Source: Pseudomonadota bacterium (GTDB lineage: Bacteria; Pseudomonadota; Alphaproteobacteria; Rhodospirillales; 2-02-FULL-58-16). Taken from it: a DNA stretch of 36,002 nucleotides. Position 1 is the stretch's first letter. The number at the start of each line of letters is the position of its first letter. The stretch covers positions 1 through 36,002 of the forward strand of contig JACZWD010000002.1 in assembly GCA_022572335.1 (NCBI GenBank). Direction: 5' to 3'. The notes below the pieces were generated by a model. The model worked only from the letters and a program-made list of their open reading frames with translations, made no database searches and had not been told where the DNA came from. This document shows, piece by piece, positions 1-8,772 of this stretch. The position numbers and the translations under genes were made by a program.

Positions 1-11
1 GGGGCGGAAGG

Positions 12-35
12 AATAAAACGTTTGAGATTCAACGT
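12..35 (-). terminator. Putative Rho-independent terminator downstream of mazG
   Basis: On the minus strand the sequence reads ACGTTGA-atc-TCAAACGT (about 7 bp stem with one bulge) followed by TTTTATT. It lies about 20 nt after the mazG stop at 55-57. Confidence 0.4.
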
Positions 36-54
36 ATTACCTTCGTTTCTTAAA

Positions 55-855
55 TCATTCCTCTTGTTTGGCGCGGCACCACAGGACTTCCATTTCGGCC
101 AGGGTGGCGTCTTCGGGGCGCTTGCCGTCGGCCGCCAGGAGGGCCTCGACGCGGCGGAAACGCCGCCCGAACTTGGCATTTCCCCGCCTCAGCGCCTTCT
201 CCGGGTCCACATCGAACTTGCGCGCCAGGTTGGCGCAGTTGAACAGCAGGTCGCCGATCTCGTCCTCCAGGCGGTCGGCGGCCGCCCCGGCGGCCATCTC
301 GCGCTCGATTTCCCCGATTTCCTCGTGGAACTTCTCGATCACCTGGGCCGGGTCGTCCCAGTCGAAGCCGACCCGCGCCGCCCGCCGTTGCAGCTTCAGG
401 GCCCGGGTGAGGGCGGGCAGGGCAAGGGCGACGCCGTCGAGCACGCTGCCGCCGGCGCCGCCCTGGGAGCCCGCCTTGTTCCGCCGCTCGTTCGCCTTGT
501 GCTCCTCCCAGGCCCGGGTCTGGTCCGCCGCGCCGTCCACCTTGGCGTCGCCGAACACATGGGGATGGCGGCGCACCAGCTTGTCGCAGATGGCCCCGGC
601 CACGTCGTCGAAATCGAAGTGCCCGGCCTCGTCCGCCATGCGCGCATGGAACACCACCTGCAACAGCAGGTCCCCCAGCTCGTCCACCAGTCCGGCCATG
701 TCGTCGCGCTCGATGGCGTCGGCCACCTCGTAGGCCTCCTCGATGGTATGGGGCGCGATGGTGGCGAACGTCTGTTCGACGTCCCACGGGCAGCCTTTAT
801 CCGGATCGCGCAGCAACGCCATGATCTCGACCAGGCGCTTGATGTTGGTGCTCAT
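55..855 (-). CDS. mazG: Nucleoside triphosphate pyrophosphohydrolase MazG
   Basis: 266-aa ORF. It carries typical MazG motifs: CPWDVEQTFATIAPHTIEEAYEVADAI, LGDLLLQVVFHA, RRHPHVFG, and a second EExGE-type repeat EEIGEIERE...EIGDLLF. ATG at 855 is preceded by GGGAG. Confidence 0.9.
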   Translation of the reverse strand: MSTNIKRLVEIMALLRDPDKGCPWDVEQTFATIAPHTIEEAYEVADAIERDDMAGLVDELGDLLLQVVFHARMADEAGHFDFDDVAGAICDKLVRRHPHVFGDAKVDGAADQTRAWEEHKANERRNKAGSQGGAGGSVLDGVALALPALTRALKLQRRAARVGFDWDDPAQVIEKFHEEIGEIEREMAAGAAADRLEDEIGDLLFNCANLARKFDVDPEKALRRGNAKFGRRFRRVEALLAADGKRPEDATLAEMEVLWCRAKQEE

Positions 856-1105
856 GGCAGGCTCCCGAATTTGCCGGCGCGCGCGCCGATCACATGACCC
901 GCGGTGGGGGAGATCACGAAAAACCGAAACGGTCGCCGCCGGGGCGCCACGCCGGAATATCCGGTTGTCGCATAATGGATATTATGGCAAATCGTGGTAT
1001 CTGCTTTTGTCCCAACTGCTTACCTGTCGTTCTCCCGGCGGAATGTCCGCTTCTCGCCCCGCCCAGACCAAGCCGATTCGATCGCCGGGCCGGCACGCTG
1101 AAGCG

Positions 1106-1486
1106 TTACGGGCCGGTGAGACAGACCGACAGCCTACACGACCTCGCCGGCCAAGCCGACTTCAAAGAGCGCTGGAAGACAGCGCGCGCCTCCGATAAAC
1201 CGGCGGCGTTGGCGGTATCGTCCTCGGCCTCCCGGCGCATCGTCGCGAAGTCCGACGCCACCCGAGACGCCGCCCTTCCGAAGTCGGCGACGGCGGCGCC
1301 GATCGCGGCGCCGAAGTCCTCCGGCGTGGCGTGGACGCCGGGGTCACGTAACACCTGGGTGTCGATCTTGGCAACGTCCGCCGGCCCCCCCCGGCACCCG
1401 GCCCTGGCGCCGCGACCTTGGCGCCCGGTCGGTGCGCCGGGGCACCGGCAGGCCTTAGGGTTGGTCGATGATGACGGGCATCTCAC
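1106..1486 (-). CDS. Hypothetical protein; start uncertain, possibly shorter
   Basis: The GTG at 1486 overlaps the upstream stop as GTGA. The C-terminal two thirds (EDFGAAIGAAVADFGRAASRVASDFATMRREAEDD...) look protein-like, but the N-terminal 35 aa are Arg/Gly/Pro junk-like. The wobble positions coincide with plus-strand ORF 894-1496, so GC3 cannot separate the two. I chose the minus strand on amino-acid composition and the coupling to the upstream gene. Confidence 0.3.
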   Translation of the reverse strand: MRCPSSSTNPKACRCPGAPTGRQGRGARAGCRGGPADVAKIDTQVLRDPGVHATPEDFGAAIGAAVADFGRAASRVASDFATMRREAEDDTANAAGLSEARAVFQRSLKSAWPARSCRLSVCLTGP

Positions 1487-2190
1487 GCCCCTTTGAACGT
1501 AGCGATACCCGACGCCCGTTCTTCACTGGTGCCCCCGGACAGCGTCAGGGTGGTGTTTTGCGTGCCGGTCGCGGACAGTATCTTGTAGGCAATACCGATG
1601 GTCAGGCCATCGGCTTCATTGGTTAAACTCCAGGTTTTCGATTGGGTATAGCTGTCCGTCCAGTCGCCGGAACCGGGGACGTTGAAGTCGTCATCGTAAA
1701 ATTGGCAAATCGCAAAGGCGACCTCACTGGCCTGCGCGGTCGTGGCGGTGGTTCCGGTGTCGGCGACAAGACCCGTGCCCCCTGTTTCATCGTTCGACGT
1801 TTGCACGTCGAGGGGCGAAGCCGTCGCCATGCCGGACCACTCCATGATTTGCAGACCGTTTGCCAAGATGTCTTTATTGAACGTGACCGTGAAGGTGCTG
1901 CTTTCCGACGCGCCGGCGACTTTGTAGAAAACAACGACACCTCCGAACGCCTCTATGTTGAGGGTGAAAGCCGTAGACCAGCCGGCGGTCGGCGTTACGG
2001 TGCTCAATCCCCCGTCCCGGAAGAAACCGACGATACCGATCAGAAGGCTGTTCTCAATCGGCGCGCTGTCGAAGGTCGCCGCAATGGAGGTGTTGTTCGT
2101 CTGCTGGCCCGTATCTTTGGTCTGGATCAGCGCGGGACCGGCCCCACCGGCCCCAAACCGGAAGGGGTTGGTTAGAAATGTGCCACTCAT
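1483..2190 (-). CDS. Hypothetical Thr/Gly/Ser-rich protein (235 aa), no family recognised
   Basis: I chose the internal ATG at 2190 (MSGTFLTNPFRFG...) because AGGAG lies 8 nt upstream. The 51 codons above it in the 286-aa ORF are Arg/Pro-rich. Hand counts of two 120-nt samples give about 52-57 % G+C, against about 75 % for a metG sample. Confidence 0.65.
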   Translation of the reverse strand: MSGTFLTNPFRFGAGGAGPALIQTKDTGQQTNNTSIAATFDSAPIENSLLIGIVGFFRDGGLSTVTPTAGWSTAFTLNIEAFGGVVVFYKVAGASESSTFTVTFNKDILANGLQIMEWSGMATASPLDVQTSNDETGGTGLVADTGTTATTAQASEVAFAICQFYDDDFNVPGSGDWTDSYTQSKTWSLTNEADGLTIGIAYKILSATGTQNTTLTLSGGTSEERASGIATFKGA

Positions 2191-2457
2191 GTCGGTAAAT
2201 CTCCTATTTCGAAAACTCCTTGCCGAAACCGGTGTAGGACGCGGTCCCGGCGCGGAAAAAGTCTCCGCGGGCGCCGCCTCCCGGCCACGGTTCGGCCATT
2301 GCCCGTCACTCCCGGGCCGTTTCACTGGGATGAAGGTGGGCAAATGGAAAGCGCGCGGTCCAGGGGAATATATTCACAGGATTACGCACGCACCGCGGGC
2401 GCCGCGGCGCCTGGCAACGCCAGCGGAGTCTCCGTCGTCGGGCGTTTCGATGCGCGT

Positions 2458-3240
2458 TCAGCCGGCGTCCGTTTCCACCACCATGCCGTCGTAGGCCGGC
2501 TCCACCCCATCGGGCAGCCGCGCGCGAAGGGTGTCGTAATCCAGGCGCCCGCTCAGGTGCGTCAGCACGGCGCGTTTCGGCTTCACGCGCTCGATCCAGG
2601 CCAGGGCCTTGTCCACGTGGGCGTGGGTCGGATGGGGCTCGTCGACCAGGGTCCCGATGATCCACGCCTCGACGCCGGCCAGCACATCGAAGGCGTACTC
2701 GGGCAGCTCCAACACGTCGGTGGAATACGCGATGGGCCCGAAGCGGAAGCCCTGGGTGCGGATGTGGCCGTGATCCTGCTCGAACGTCGCCACATCGATA
2801 TCGCCGACGCGGAAGGAATCGCCGCTCTTGAACTCATGGGCGATCAGGGTCGGCTTGTAGAAGAAATCGGTGCCCTCGGGCAAGGGCCTGACCACGTAGG
2901 GGAACCGGTTGCGGATGGTTTCCCAGGTGGCGGCGTCGGCATAGGTATCGAGCGGCCGGTTCATCACCCGGTTGATGGCCCTGAGGTCGTCTATGCCATG
3001 CAGGTGGTCGGCGTGCGAATGGGTGTACAGCACGGCGTCGAGGCGTTCCACCCCGCTGTCCAGCAGTTGCTGGCGCAAATCCGGCGACGTGTCCACGAGA
3101 ACCGTGGTCTTGGCGTTTTCCACCAGGATGGAGGAACGAAGCCGCCGGTTGCGCGGGTTCGCCGGGTCGCAGTTGCCCCATCCGGCGCCGACCACGGGCG
3201 TGCCGCCGGAGTGGCCGCTTCCGAGAATCGTCACCCGCAC
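2458..3240 (-). CDS. MBL-fold metallo-hydrolase (PhnP/GPMBL-like)
   Basis: HSHADHLHG metal-binding motif and an N-terminal RVTILGSG beta-lactamase-fold start. The start is GTG at 3240, or GTG at 3234, which would form a GTGA overlap with the tatD-family stop. Confidence 0.85.
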   Translation of the reverse strand: MRVTILGSGHSGGTPVVGAGWGNCDPANPRNRRLRSSILVENAKTTVLVDTSPDLRQQLLDSGVERLDAVLYTHSHADHLHGIDDLRAINRVMNRPLDTYADAATWETIRNRFPYVVRPLPEGTDFFYKPTLIAHEFKSGDSFRVGDIDVATFEQDHGHIRTQGFRFGPIAYSTDVLELPEYAFDVLAGVEAWIIGTLVDEPHPTHAHVDKALAWIERVKPKRAVLTHLSGRLDYDTLRARLPDGVEPAYDGMVVETDAG

Positions 3241-4037
3241 GAGGCCGCCTCCTCCCGGGTGCGCCGGGCCTTGGCGAACAGGCGGAAGAAGTTGTCCGTG
3301 GTCGCCCGTGCCAGGGCATCCGCTTCCATCCCCTTCACCGCGGCCAGTTCGGCCGCGGTGAAGGCGGTGAACGCCGGTTCGTTGCGCTTCCCCCTTTTCG
3401 GCACCGGCGCCAGGTACGGCGCGTCGGTTTCCACCAGAAGGCGGTCCAACGGAACCGCCCGCGCCGTCGCGCGCAGGTCATCGGAGCGCTTGAAGGTGAC
3501 GATGCCGGAAAAGGAGATATGGAACCCGAGCTCGAGCGCGCTGTCGGCGAGCGCGCGGCCGGCGGTGAAACAGTGAAGGAGGCCGGAGAACGCGCCCTTG
3601 GCGTGTTCTTCGCGCAGAATCCCGGCGGTGTCCGCGTCCGCTTCGCGGGTGTGGACGATCAGGGGCAGGCCGCTCTCGCGGGCCGCGGCGATGTGGACGC
3701 GGAAGCTCCGCCGCTGGCTCTCCCTGGGGCTGTGCTCGTAGTAATAGTCGAGCCCGGTTTCGCCAAGGCCCACGACCTTGGGATGGCGGGCCAGGCGCAC
3801 CAGGTGTTCGGCCGTGACCTCGGGTTCGCTGGCCGCCTCGTGGGGGTGGATGCCGACGGTGCAAAAGACGTTGTCGTATGCCTCCGCCACGGCCAGCACG
3901 CCGTCGAACCGGGTGACATGGGTGCAGATGGTCAGCATCCAGCCGATCCCGGCGTCGCCGGCGCGGACGATCACCTCGTCCAGTTCGTCGGCGAAATCCG
4001 GAAAGTCCAGGTGGCAGTGGCTGTCGACCAGGGTCAC
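3231..4037 (-). CDS. TatD-family metal-dependent hydrolase/DNase
   Basis: VTLVDSHCHLDF..., GIHPHEA, GETGLDYYY, VHTREA, LLHCFTG-like and ETDAPYLAP motifs. The GTG at 4037 overlaps the metG stop (GTGA). The remaining upstream part of the 684-aa ORF is a shadow frame inside metG. Confidence 0.9.
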   Translation of the reverse strand: MTLVDSHCHLDFPDFADELDEVIVRAGDAGIGWMLTICTHVTRFDGVLAVAEAYDNVFCTVGIHPHEAASEPEVTAEHLVRLARHPKVVGLGETGLDYYYEHSPRESQRRSFRVHIAAARESGLPLIVHTREADADTAGILREEHAKGAFSGLLHCFTAGRALADSALELGFHISFSGIVTFKRSDDLRATARAVPLDRLLVETDAPYLAPVPKRGKRNEPAFTAFTAAELAAVKGMEADALARATTDNFFRLFAKARRTREEAASCG

Positions 4038-5611
4038 GAGGCGGCCTCCGCGTCCGCGCCGGCGTAGCGCGGGAAGATGCCTTCCGGCTTGGGCAGCGCG
4101 GTGCCCGGCTTCAGCGCGTGGCCGGGGCCGAGGCAGGCGAAGGTGCGGGCATCCTCGGGCACCGCCAGCTGGTCCAGCATGCGCCCGCAGGAACCGGGCA
4201 TGAACGGCTGGCCGAGGACGGCCAGATGGCGGATGGCCTCGGTCAGCACGTAAAGCACCGTGTTCATGCGTTCGGGCTCGTTTTTCCTGAGCGTCCACGG
4301 CGCCTGGCGGTCGATATAGCCGTTGGCGGCGCGCACCACCGTCCACATCGTCTCCAGCGCTTCGTGGAAGGCCTGCTGATCGACGCTGGCCCGCATCCCG
4401 GCGAGAAGGCCGTGGGCCGCGGCCAACAGCGCCTCGTCCTCTCCGGCCAGGGCGCCGGGCGCCGGCACCGCGCCGCCGCAGTTGCGGTTGACCATGGACA
4501 GCACCCGCTGGGCCAGGTTGCCCAGGTCGTTGGCCAGGTCCCCGTTCAGGCGGCCGACCATGGCCCGGTGCGAGAAGTCGCCGTCGCTGCCGAACGGCAC
4601 CTCGCGCAGCAGGAAATAGCGCACCGGGTCGAGGCCGTAGCGCTCGACCAGTGCGACCGGGTCGATGATGTTGCCCAGGGACTTGGAGATCTTCTGTCCC
4701 TCGTTGGTCCACCAGCCGTGGGCAAAGACCCGTTTCGGCGGCTCCAGGTCCGCCGCCATCAGGAAGGCCGGCCAAAAGACGGCGTGAAAGCGCACGATGT
4801 CCTTGCCCACCATGTGCAGGTCGGCCGGCCAATAGGCGGCATACTCGCCGCCTTCGGTCTGCGGATAGCCGACGGCGGTAATGTAGTTGGTCAGCGCGTC
4901 CAGCCACACGTACATGATGTGGTCCGCGTCTCCGGGCACGGGCACGCCCCAGGTGAAACTGGTGCGCGAGACGGAGAGGTCCCTGAGGCCCCCCTTGACG
5001 AAAGCGATCACCTCGTTGCGCCGGGTCCGGGGCAGGATGAAGCCGGGGTTGTCCTCGTAGAACCGGAGCAGGGGCTCCTGCCAGGCGGAAAGCCGGAAAA
5101 AGTAGCTCGGTTCCTCCACCCATTCCACTTCGGCGCCGGTGGGGGCGATTTTCCCCGTCCCCTCCCCTTTCCCGCCGGGGGCGTCGGTGAGCTCGCTCTC
5201 GGCGTAGAACGCCTCGTCGCGCACCGCGTACCAGCCGGCGTAGGTGCCCAGATAGATCTGGTCGCGCTCCTTCAGCCGCGTCCACAGCGCCTGGCAGGCG
5301 CGGATGTGCCGTTCCTCGGTGGTGCGGACGAAGTCGTCGTTGGTGAACTGCATGGACCCGGACAGGTCGCGGAAGTTCTGCGACATCCTGTCGGTGAAGG
5401 CGCCGGGCTCCATGCCGGATTGGCGCGCCGACTTTTCCACCTTCTGGCCGTGTTCGTCGGTACCGGTCAGAAACTTCACGTCGTATCCGTCCAGGCGCTT
5501 GAAACGGGCCAGCACGTCACAGGCAAGGGTCGTGTAGGCGTGCCCGATGTGGGGCACGTCGTTCACGTAATAGATCGGCGTGGTGACGTAAAAGCGCTTG
5601 CGCACCGGCAT
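4034..5611 (-). CDS. metG: Methionine--tRNA ligase
   Basis: TTPIYYVNDVPHIGHAYTT (HIGH motif) and KISKSLGN (KMSKS motif). ATG at 5611 is preceded by GGAGA. The 59 upstream codons of the ORF were discarded. Confidence 0.95.
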   Translation of the reverse strand: MPVRKRFYVTTPIYYVNDVPHIGHAYTTLACDVLARFKRLDGYDVKFLTGTDEHGQKVEKSARQSGMEPGAFTDRMSQNFRDLSGSMQFTNDDFVRTTEERHIRACQALWTRLKERDQIYLGTYAGWYAVRDEAFYAESELTDAPGGKGEGTGKIAPTGAEVEWVEEPSYFFRLSAWQEPLLRFYEDNPGFILPRTRRNEVIAFVKGGLRDLSVSRTSFTWGVPVPGDADHIMYVWLDALTNYITAVGYPQTEGGEYAAYWPADLHMVGKDIVRFHAVFWPAFLMAADLEPPKRVFAHGWWTNEGQKISKSLGNIIDPVALVERYGLDPVRYFLLREVPFGSDGDFSHRAMVGRLNGDLANDLGNLAQRVLSMVNRNCGGAVPAPGALAGEDEALLAAAHGLLAGMRASVDQQAFHEALETMWTVVRAANGYIDRQAPWTLRKNEPERMNTVLYVLTEAIRHLAVLGQPFMPGSCGRMLDQLAVPEDARTFACLGPGHALKPGTALPKPEGIFPRYAGADAEAAS

Positions 5612-5660
5612 CGCGGCTGTCTCCTGCACGGCTTTACCTAATGAACGCAACGGATGGAGA

Positions 5661-6791
5661 TCAAGGGCGGACAGCGCTGTCGAGGGCGAGAAAAACGTTG
5701 AGAACCACCTGCTTGCGGTCCAGGCCGGACTCCTCGGCCTGGGCCAGCAGGCGGTTGGTCTTTTCCCACACCTCCAGCCATCGATCAAGGCCGCCGGCCC
5801 GGAAAAGGCGTTCGATCAGCGCCCGCTCGCGGCCCGGCATCCCTTCCCCGGCGCCCTTGCCGCCCCGCGCGCCGAACAGGATCAGCCGCCCCAGCCACCA
5901 GCGCAACAGATCGCCGACCACGCGGAAGGCGTCGTCGGCGCCCGGCTTGGCGACCCGGTCGCCGAGCGCATGCACGCCGGCAACGTCCAGCCCGGGCAGG
6001 GTTTCCAGCAGGTCCACCAGGCTCCGGTAGAGATCCAGGCCGCCGTCGGCGGCCAGGACCAGGGCCCGCCCGACGCTCCCGTCCGCCAGCCGGGCCAGCT
6101 CGGCCGTGTCTTCGGCGCCCAGACCGGGCCGGAATTCGGCGACCAGCGACGCCACCACGTCGTCTGCGAGGGGTTTGAGGACCAGCCTGCGGCAGCGCGA
6201 GCGGATGGTCGGCAGCAGGCGGCCCGGGACATGGCTGACCAACAGCAGTACGGCGCGCCGGGGCGGTTCCTCCAGGACCTTGAGCACGGCGTTGGCGGCG
6301 TTGCTGTTCATCTCGTCGGCGCTGTCGATGACGACGACGCGCCAGCCCCCCTCGGCGGCGGTCAGGCCGAGGAAGGCGCCGACGGCGCGCACGTCGTCGA
6401 CGATGATCTCGGTGCGCAGCCGCCCCTTCTTTTCGTCCCAGCCCCGCTCCACGGTCAGCAGGTCGGCGTGGCCGCCGGCGGCGGCGCGGCGAAACACAGG
6501 TACGTCCGGGGCGACATACAAGGTGTCGGGCGGGGGCTCCGCGAACAGGCTCTCCGCGCTCCCTCCGCCGTGGGCCAGGAGGAAGCGGGCGAAGCGGAAC
6601 GCCAGGGTCGCCTTGCCGATGCCCCTGGGCCCCGAGATCAGCCAGGCATGGGCCAGCCGCCCGGATTTGAAGGCCTCCAGGAGGACGCTCTCGGCCGCGG
6701 CGTGGCCGGCCAGATCGGGGTTTGCGCGCGGCGGCGGCGGCCCGTCCTCGCCGGACGGGGCGTCATCGGGGGGGATCCGCTCGGGGCTCAC
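5661..6791 (-). CDS. holB: DNA polymerase III subunit delta'
   Basis: GRLAHAWLISGPRGIGKATLAFRFARFLL (Walker A), VVVIDSADEMN, and TIRSRCRRL (SRC motif). The GTG at 6791 overlaps the tmk stop (GTGA). Confidence 0.85.
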   Translation of the reverse strand: MSPERIPPDDAPSGEDGPPPPRANPDLAGHAAAESVLLEAFKSGRLAHAWLISGPRGIGKATLAFRFARFLLAHGGGSAESLFAEPPPDTLYVAPDVPVFRRAAAGGHADLLTVERGWDEKKGRLRTEIIVDDVRAVGAFLGLTAAEGGWRVVVIDSADEMNSNAANAVLKVLEEPPRRAVLLLVSHVPGRLLPTIRSRCRRLVLKPLADDVVASLVAEFRPGLGAEDTAELARLADGSVGRALVLAADGGLDLYRSLVDLLETLPGLDVAGVHALGDRVAKPGADDAFRVVGDLLRWWLGRLILFGARGGKGAGEGMPGRERALIERLFRAGGLDRWLEVWEKTNRLLAQAEESGLDRKQVVLNVFLALDSAVRP

Positions 6792-7426
6792 GCCGCCATC
6801 CCGCCCAGGCGTTTTTGCACGAGGGTGCGGATCATTTTCTGCACCTCCTCGACGGATTGCGCGGCGTCGACCACGGCGCAGCGTTCGGGGGCGCGCCGGG
6901 CGATGTCCAGGAAACCGTCGCGTACGCGGCCATGAAAATCCCGCTCCATGCGCTCGTAGCGGTCCTCGCGCCCGGCCTTGGCCGCCGCCCGCTCCAGGCC
7001 GGAGTCCGCGGGCAGGTCGAGGATCACCGTCAGGTCGGGGGCGAAATCGCCGACCACCCACTCATGGAGCCGGGCGATGGCGTCGCGTCCCAGCTCCAGG
7101 CCGTACCCCTGGTAGGCCATGGTCGAATCGGCAAATCGGTCGCACACCACCCAGCGCCCGGCGTCGAGCGCCGGAAAGATCGTGTGCACGAGATGCTCGC
7201 GCCGGGCCGCGTAATGGAGCAGCGCCTCGGTGACGGGCTCCCAGCGGGATACGCCGCCTTCTACTAGTAGACGCCGGATGTCCTCGGCGCCCGGCGCCCC
7301 CCCGGGCTCGCGGGTGACGACGACATCGATCCCGGCGCCGCGCAGGCCCTCGCCCAGCAACGCCGCGTGGGTCGACTTGCCGGCGCCCTCCCCGCCTTCG
7401 AGCGTGATGAATTTCCCCCGTGCCAT
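6788..7426 (-). CDS. tmk: dTMP (thymidylate) kinase
   Basis: MARGKFITLEGGEGAGKST P-loop, TREPGG, and DRFADSTMAYQG. ATG at 7426. The 305 upstream codons of the 517-aa ORF are a shadow frame in the carboxypeptidase gene. Confidence 0.95.
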   Translation of the reverse strand: MARGKFITLEGGEGAGKSTHAALLGEGLRGAGIDVVVTREPGGAPGAEDIRRLLVEGGVSRWEPVTEALLHYAARREHLVHTIFPALDAGRWVVCDRFADSTMAYQGYGLELGRDAIARLHEWVVGDFAPDLTVILDLPADSGLERAAAKAGREDRYERMERDFHGRVRDGFLDIARRAPERCAVVDAAQSVEEVQKMIRTLVQKRLGGMAA

Positions 7427-7428
7427 GG

Positions 7429-8634
7429 CTAGCGCGCGGCCGCCTGGCCGGTCACGCCACCGCCCCAGAGGATGTATTTCAGGGCCGCGCCGAGCCGCCC
7501 CAGGAGACCCAGGCGTTCGACCTCGGCGCCGGCGACCAGGGGCACCCGCACCGTTTCCTCGCCCGGCACCGTGACAACCAGCCTGGCGATCTCCGTGCCC
7601 ATGGCGACGGGGGCCGGAATCGGCCCCTCGAAGACCGCCTTCACCTTCATCTTGGGGCGGGCCTTGCGCGCCAGGGTAATCATCAGGTCCTTGTCGATGA
7701 CCAGCGGCACCGTGGCCTCCTTGCCGAGCCAGACGCCGGCGTCGGCCACCACGTCGCCGGCCTTGAACAGGGTGTAGTTCTGGAACTCGCGGAACCCCCA
7801 CTCGAACAGGCGTTTCGGTTCCCGGGACCGGGACTTTTTGGTGGGCAGCCCGTTGACCACCAGGATCAGGCGGCGGTCGCCGCGCTTGACGGTGGCGGTG
7901 AGCCCGTAGCCCGATTCGCTCGTATGGCCGGTCTTCAGGCCGTCCGCCCCCATGTCCCTGTAGAGAAGCGGGTTGCGGTTGATCTGGCGAATGCCGTTGT
8001 AGGTGAAGTTCCGTTCCGCATAGTAGTGGTAGAACTCCGGAAAGTCCTCGATCGTGCGCTTGGCCAGCACGGCCAGGTCGCGGACGCTCATCTCGTGGCC
8101 CGGATCGGGCCAGCCGGTGGCGTTCTTGAAGACGCTGTTGGTGAGTCCCAGTTGCCGGCCGCGCTGGGTCATCTCCTCGGCGAACGCCTGTTCGCTTCCC
8201 GCCAGGCCCTCGGCGATGACGATGCTGGCGTCGTTGCCCGACTGGACGATGATACCGCGCAGCAGGTCCTCCACCCGGACCCGTTTGCCGGGGTCCAGGA
8301 ACATGGTCGAGCTGCCGCTCTTGGCGCCGCCCCTGCGCCATGCCGTCTCGCTGACCAGGAAGGTGTCGTCCAGGGACAGGCGGCCGTCGCGAAGCCGCTC
8401 GAACACCATATACGCGGTCATCAGCTTGCTCATGGACGCGGGCGAAGTGGGCGCGTCCGCGTTCTTTTCGAACAACACCGCCCCCGTCGCCATGTCCATG
8501 AGGATGGCCTGGCGGGCGACGACCTCGATGGCCGCCGCCGGTGGGGCGGAGGCAGCCCAGGCGGTGATCAGACAGAGAAAACCGGCCACCACGCCAAGGC
8601 GGCGGACGGACGTCATCGATCGCGCAAAATTCAT
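7429..8634 (-). CDS. Serine-type D-Ala-D-Ala carboxypeptidase (PBP5/6 class)
   Basis: Signal peptide MNFARSMTSVRRLGVVAGFLCLITAWA. Active-site motifs SMSK (SxxK), SGND (SxN) and KTGHT (KTG). The stop lies 2 nt before the tmk start. Confidence 0.9.
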   Translation of the reverse strand: MNFARSMTSVRRLGVVAGFLCLITAWAASAPPAAAIEVVARQAILMDMATGAVLFEKNADAPTSPASMSKLMTAYMVFERLRDGRLSLDDTFLVSETAWRRGGAKSGSSTMFLDPGKRVRVEDLLRGIIVQSGNDASIVIAEGLAGSEQAFAEEMTQRGRQLGLTNSVFKNATGWPDPGHEMSVRDLAVLAKRTIEDFPEFYHYYAERNFTYNGIRQINRNPLLYRDMGADGLKTGHTSESGYGLTATVKRGDRRLILVVNGLPTKKSRSREPKRLFEWGFREFQNYTLFKAGDVVADAGVWLGKEATVPLVIDKDLMITLARKARPKMKVKAVFEGPIPAPVAMGTEIARLVVTVPGEETVRVPLVAGAEVERLGLLGRLGAALKYILWGGGVTGQAAAR

Positions 8635-8772
8635 GGTTCCCGTTTCACCTTGCGTCCCCCTGCCCTGGCGGCGCCGGGCGCCTCCCGGCCGTGGGTGCCC
8701 AGGGTATGCGTTCTCACCTGCCCGCCGATCGGGCGAAATCATGGTCACCCGGTTTTCCCACCCGGGGAGGAA

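Noticed and set aside
971-986. CATAAT-ggat-ATTATG palindrome in the AT-rich patch upstream of mazG, considered as an operator or promoter.
   Set aside because: I could not pair it with a convincing -35/-10 geometry on either strand. It is too short to call without comparative data.
894-1496. 200-aa plus-strand ORF upstream of mazG (contains MDIMANRGICFCPNCLP).
   Set aside because: It shares wobble positions with minus ORF 1106-1486, so GC3 is uninformative. Its composition is Ser/Arg/Pro/Ala-heavy and it has no SD. The minus-strand frame is coupled to the upstream gene. Neither frame is certain.
3231-5285. Long N-terminal extensions of tatD (684 aa), tmk (6788-8341, 517 aa), the transglycosylase (9821-11794, 657 aa) and the TM protein (31832-33277, 481 aa).
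   Set aside because: The extensions lie inside the neighbouring upstream genes in another frame and are Arg/Pro/Gly-rich. Internal starts with SD sequences or GTGA coupling give proteins of the expected family length.
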